A DNA stretch of 18,592 nucleotides, from NCBI GenBank assembly GCA_964497525.1, contig CAZCDT010000060.1, positions 1 through 18,592 of the forward strand. The letters are read 5' to 3'. The stretch is from an uncultured Bacteriovoracaceae bacterium (lineage in GTDB: Bacteria; Bdellovibrionota; Bacteriovoracia; Bacteriovoracales; Bacteriovoracaceae). The translations under genes and the position numbers were made by a program. Of the stretch, positions 16,134 to 18,592 are shown piece by piece. Each line of letters starts with the position of its first letter. The first letter of the stretch is position 1. The notes beneath the pieces were generated by a model. That model had not been told where the DNA came from and searched no databases. It was given only the letters and a program-made list of their open reading frames with translations.

Positions 16134-16490
16134 ATGAAATTTTTTGTAACATCGATCGCTTTAACAGCAGCAATTTCAACAGTTTCAGCAGAATCTGTAT
16201 TTACCTGTACAGCTCCAGTAGAGGATATGCCAAGTAGATCTTTTTGCCTTGAATACACAAATGTTCCTTCAATGCTTGAAGGAATAATGAAGCAAAGTTG
16301 TGCTTCTGAACTTAATGGAACACTTGGAACAGCGTGTGAAAAAACCCCATATTCTGGATTTTGTTTACCTGAAAATTCAGAAGAAACTCCATTTGGTATG
16401 TATATGCATTTTTATGGCATAACAGATAAGGATTTCCAGGAAATAAAAGATGAGTGTACTTCTGAAGGTGGAAAATGGATTAACAGATAA
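16134..16490 (+). CDS. Small secreted cysteine-rich protein (6 Cys in the mature part). Function unknown.
   Basis: The ATG at 16134 is preceded by AGGAG 7 nt upstream. The track start at 16056 is TTG. The signal peptide is MKFFVTSIALTAAISTVSA. The mature ~99 aa contain 6 Cys, consistent with three disulfides. Confidence 0.55.
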   Translation: MKFFVTSIALTAAISTVSAESVFTCTAPVEDMPSRSFCLEYTNVPSMLEGIMKQSCASELNGTLGTACEKTPYSGFCLPENSEETPFGMYMHFYGITDKDFQEIKDECTSEGGKWINR

Positions 16491-16514
16491 GTTAGTAATT
16501 TTTTGTATATTATC

Positions 16515-16546
16515 GCCGACTTTTCGCCCATCCTGGGCATGTCGGC
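16515..16546. other. GC-rich compound palindrome (REP-like nested hairpin).
   Basis: The element is GCCGAC-ttttc-GCCCA-tcc-TGGGC-at-GTCGGC, with a 6-bp outer and a 5-bp inner stem. No U-run follows on either strand. It lies between convergent genes in an otherwise AT-rich spacer. Confidence 0.4.
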
Positions 16547-16565
16547 ATACAAAACATCCTGTTTA

Positions 16566-16606
16566 TAAAAAGGCCAAGTATTGATCATATCTTGGCCTTT
16601 TTTATT
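16566..16606. terminator. Bidirectional rho-independent terminator between the convergent 16134..16490 (+) gene and recO (-).
   Basis: AAAAA-GGCCAAG-tattgatcatat-CTTGGCC-TTTTTT. A perfect 7-bp GC-rich stem is flanked by an A-run and a T-run, so it can function on both strands. Confidence 0.75.
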
Positions 16607-16610
16607 GATA

Positions 16611-17391
16611 CTACTTAAGCATCTTGAAACTTTTAAACAATTTATCATCCTGTCCTGTGTGAATAATTAAATATCTCCAAATTCGCTTCCAATCCAAAGA
16701 GTGATCTTGTAAATAATCTACACACTCTGGGTACTTTCTTTTTAAAAGTGATCCCAAATTATTCCAAAGATAAACATCCAGGGGCATTTTTTGAGTATCA
16801 CAATTAAGACATACAAATCCTCCATCTGTAACATTTAAAGCAGAAATATTTGATTCGTTTAATGTTTTTTGACAGTGGATACAGCAGTCAAATTGAAAAA
16901 AGATTCCAAGTTCATGAATTATTTTTAATAAAAAAGTTATTATGTGAGCAGAGATATTTAACTTTAAATTTGTTGCATCCTTTTCTAAAGCAAAAATCGC
17001 ATTAGAAAAAACGGTAAAAAAACCTTGATTGTCGGTCATCTCATAAGAAAATGAATCATTTAAATTAACTTTTTGAGTAAAAATATTTGCACACTCTAAA
17101 TATAAGCATAGAAGTATAAAAGCATTGTGATTCTCTCTTATCTTTTTGTGATACCACAATGCACTCCACTCTTTTGCTGTATACAAATCTGTTGTATTAC
17201 TTGAATGGTTTAATTCAACCATTAACATATAACCTATTTCTAAAATAGAACTTTTTATTTTTCCCACCACCAGCACCACCATAAAAAATAGCAGATACCT
17301 GCATCCCACTACGAAGAAGCAAAGTACCAATAATATCCCTTTCTTTGTAGGGAATTTTTTTTATTAATATTCCTTCTATTTTTTTTTGCAT
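16611..17391 (-). pseudogene. recO: recO (DNA repair protein RecO), disrupted by a +1 frameshift in a homopolymeric A tract.
   Basis: ORF 17397..17215 encodes the RecO N-terminal OB-fold region (MQKKIEGILIKKIPYKERDIIGTLLLRSGMQVSAIFYGGAGGGKNKK). ORF 17330..16611, in another frame, continues from ...KIKSSILEIGYMLMVELN... through the helical domain and a C-terminal Cys4 zinc finger (CCIHCQ...CLNCD). The two frames overlap at GGGAAAAATAAAAAG, forward coordinates ~17242..17254. Deleting one A there restores ...GGGKNKSSILEIGYM.... Confidence 0.7.
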
Positions 17392-17393
17392 AA

Positions 17394-18455
17394 TCAACTA
17401 GTATAAATAATTTCTTTTATTTCATCAAAATATTGCCATAATTTTATTTTTACATCAAAAGCTATTGCAACCGCCATCGAGTGTTTTGAATCTTTAATAA
17501 ACTCAAATTCATTTAAAGAATGTAACTCATACTTTTCTCCTTGTCTGCCTCCCCTACCAACCATTTGAATAAAAAAATCTTTTTTTTCTACTTTATAGGT
17601 TATAAAAATTTTTCTTATGGGAGGTAAATTAACACCATGACTTAGAGCAATCGTTGCAAAAATTACTGCAGGAGACATCTCCTGTAGTTTCTTTGAAAAA
17701 GAAGTTGTCTCGCCACCTTTACATCCAATGGCCAATATTCCATTTTTTTTACACCACATAAGCCATCGATCAACCTCTTCTCTATAACGGCAAAACACCA
17801 GTATAATTTCTTTTGATTTTGACTGTTTTTTTAACTCGTACATCAATCGACGATTTATCATTTTATGGCCAATTTCTTTAAAATTTGGATATGAGTTTAT
17901 TTTTGCTGGGGGAAATTTTAACTGCATATTCCCGTGATTTATGATGTAAAGATCTTGCACTGAAGTACTAATGTCATTTTGAATACGATTTAAGAGTGAT
18001 TCATTTAAAGTTGCCGTTAGTCCTAAAACAGGAACAGATGTTTCAAAAACACCCATAAGAGTTTCGATTAATGCGTGTCGAAAATCATCTCCCCACAAGT
18101 AGAAAAGATGAAACTCATCTATTACAACTAAAACAGAGTCCTGATTTTTATATAAAAAGGCCAGCATTTCGTCATCTACCATCTCGGCCGTTAAAAGTAT
18201 CATCGATGATTTCGATTTATAAAATTCATATAAAGTATTTTTTTTATTCTTACCACTCTCTAAAAGAAGTATTGGATAATTTCCTTTTAAGCGTTCAAAA
18301 AGCTCGTTAATTAACGCGCGCAAGGGAGAAATAAATACAACCTTTTTAAAATCTGTTGGGAATATATCTAGTAGCATCCTTGTTTTCCCTGCCGCGGGAG
18401 GAGCAATGTATATGAGGGAATTATTTGGTATAAGTAAGGGTGTTATCCAATGCAT
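17394..18455 (-). CDS. Minimal RecQ-like SF2 DNA helicase core (353 aa; no zinc-binding, RQC or HRDC regions).
   Basis: Motif I is APPAAGKT and Ia is ISPLRALINE. Motif II is VVIDEFHLFYLWGDDFR, compared with RecQ IDEAHCxSQWGHDFR. Motif III is LTATL and motif VI QMVGRGGRQG, compared with RecQ QExGRAGRDG. The stop TGA (17396..17394) overlaps the recO TTG and lies 2 nt before the recO ATG. Confidence 0.7.
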   Translation of the reverse strand: MHWITPLLIPNNSLIYIAPPAAGKTRMLLDIFPTDFKKVVFISPLRALINELFERLKGNYPILLLESGKNKKNTLYEFYKSKSSMILLTAEMVDDEMLAFLYKNQDSVLVVIDEFHLFYLWGDDFRHALIETLMGVFETSVPVLGLTATLNESLLNRIQNDISTSVQDLYIINHGNMQLKFPPAKINSYPNFKEIGHKMINRRLMYELKKQSKSKEIILVFCRYREEVDRWLMWCKKNGILAIGCKGGETTSFSKKLQEMSPAVIFATIALSHGVNLPPIRKIFITYKVEKKDFFIQMVGRGGRQGEKYELHSLNEFEFIKDSKHSMAVAIAFDVKIKLWQYFDEIKEIIYTS

Positions 18456-18520
18456 AAAAAAAGAGATTGCACACTGCTATCAATTGATGAATTCATAAAT
18501 TATTGGTAAAACACAAAAGA

Positions 18521-18592
18521 TGGAGAAAATTAAAGTGGAAATTTATCATAAACAATCAAATATTGATCTTGAACCAGGGTGGCTATCTCACC
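18521..18592 (+). CDS. 5' end of an unidentified gene that runs off the right edge of the window.
   Basis: ATG at 18521, translating MEKIKVEIYHKQSNIDLEPGWLSH with no stop before the window end. It is divergent from the helicase gene. It is too short to assign. Confidence 0.3.

Noticed and set aside
12844-16648. ORFs 12844..13095(-), 13396..13587(-), 15167..15418(-), 16031..16258(-), 16412..16648(-), 3367..3627(+) and 18071..18310(+).
   Set aside because: They are all antisense or overlapping shadows of confidently called genes. Separately, the track N-termini at 8414, 12383, 16056, 12268, 6778, 1148, 1406 and 3067 are TTG/GTG codons located inside or upstream of the SD of the real ATG, so those starts were moved.
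1-18592. CRISPR arrays, rRNA, tRNA, integrase or transposase genes.
   Set aside because: I found none. The only tandem repeat (1..36) is coding, and no intergenic region showed tRNA-like T-arm or acceptor features or spacer-repeat periodicity.

Overview
This 18.6 kb window is AT-rich (roughly one-third GC by eye), gene-dense bacterial chromosomal DNA with 21 protein-coding loci (two of them disrupted) and no rRNA, tRNA or CRISPR. Several ORF-track N-termini begin at TTG or GTG codons lying inside the Shine-Dalgarno (SD) of the real ATG start, so the starts were re-placed. Left to right:

- **1..3067 (-)**: a tightly packed five-gene operon. It reads ArsR (ELCVCEL As(III) motif) → ArsP-type permease (CSC motif) → 78-aa thioredoxin-family protein (CPKC) → membrane-anchored CxxC thioredoxin-like protein → CcdA/DsbD-like membrane protein. 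The last gene runs off the left edge through a GC-rich 12-nt tandem repeat.
- **3135..4322 (-)**: a relic of a TPP-dependent enzyme (acetolactate-synthase family), interrupted by an in-frame TAA and lacking its C-terminal TPP-binding domain.
- **4418..6085 (-)**: a YidE/YbjL-family transporter. Its leader (6086..6300) carries a perfect 16-bp palindrome beside the RBS, three copies of a 20-nt repeat (two direct, one inverted) and a GC-rich hairpin core.
- **6305..6751 (-)**: a small secreted protein.
- **6992..11343 (+)**: a four-gene operon of two class-I SAM methyltransferases, a radical-SAM/SPASM enzyme with a ~105-aa N-terminal extension, and a secreted two-HKD phospholipase-D-family protein. 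I consider this the most interesting candidate system; it may remodel lipids or small molecules, or mature a RiPP.
- **11327..13276**: a secreted SGNH/GDSL hydrolase (-) and an SPFH/band-7 protein (+).
- **13524..15576 (+)**: a sensor-less histidine kinase, and a response regulator with REC, a DUF3391-like region and an HD-GYP domain (GFP variant).
- **15609..16490**: two small secreted cysteine-containing proteins, divergently transcribed.
- **16511..16606**: a GC-rich compound hairpin followed by a clean bidirectional terminator.
- **16611..17391 (-)**: recO, split by a +1 frameshift in a poly-A tract.
- **17394..18455 (-)**: a 353-aa mini-RecQ-like helicase translationally coupled to recO.

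I could run no database searches. All family calls rest on motifs I read directly in the translations.
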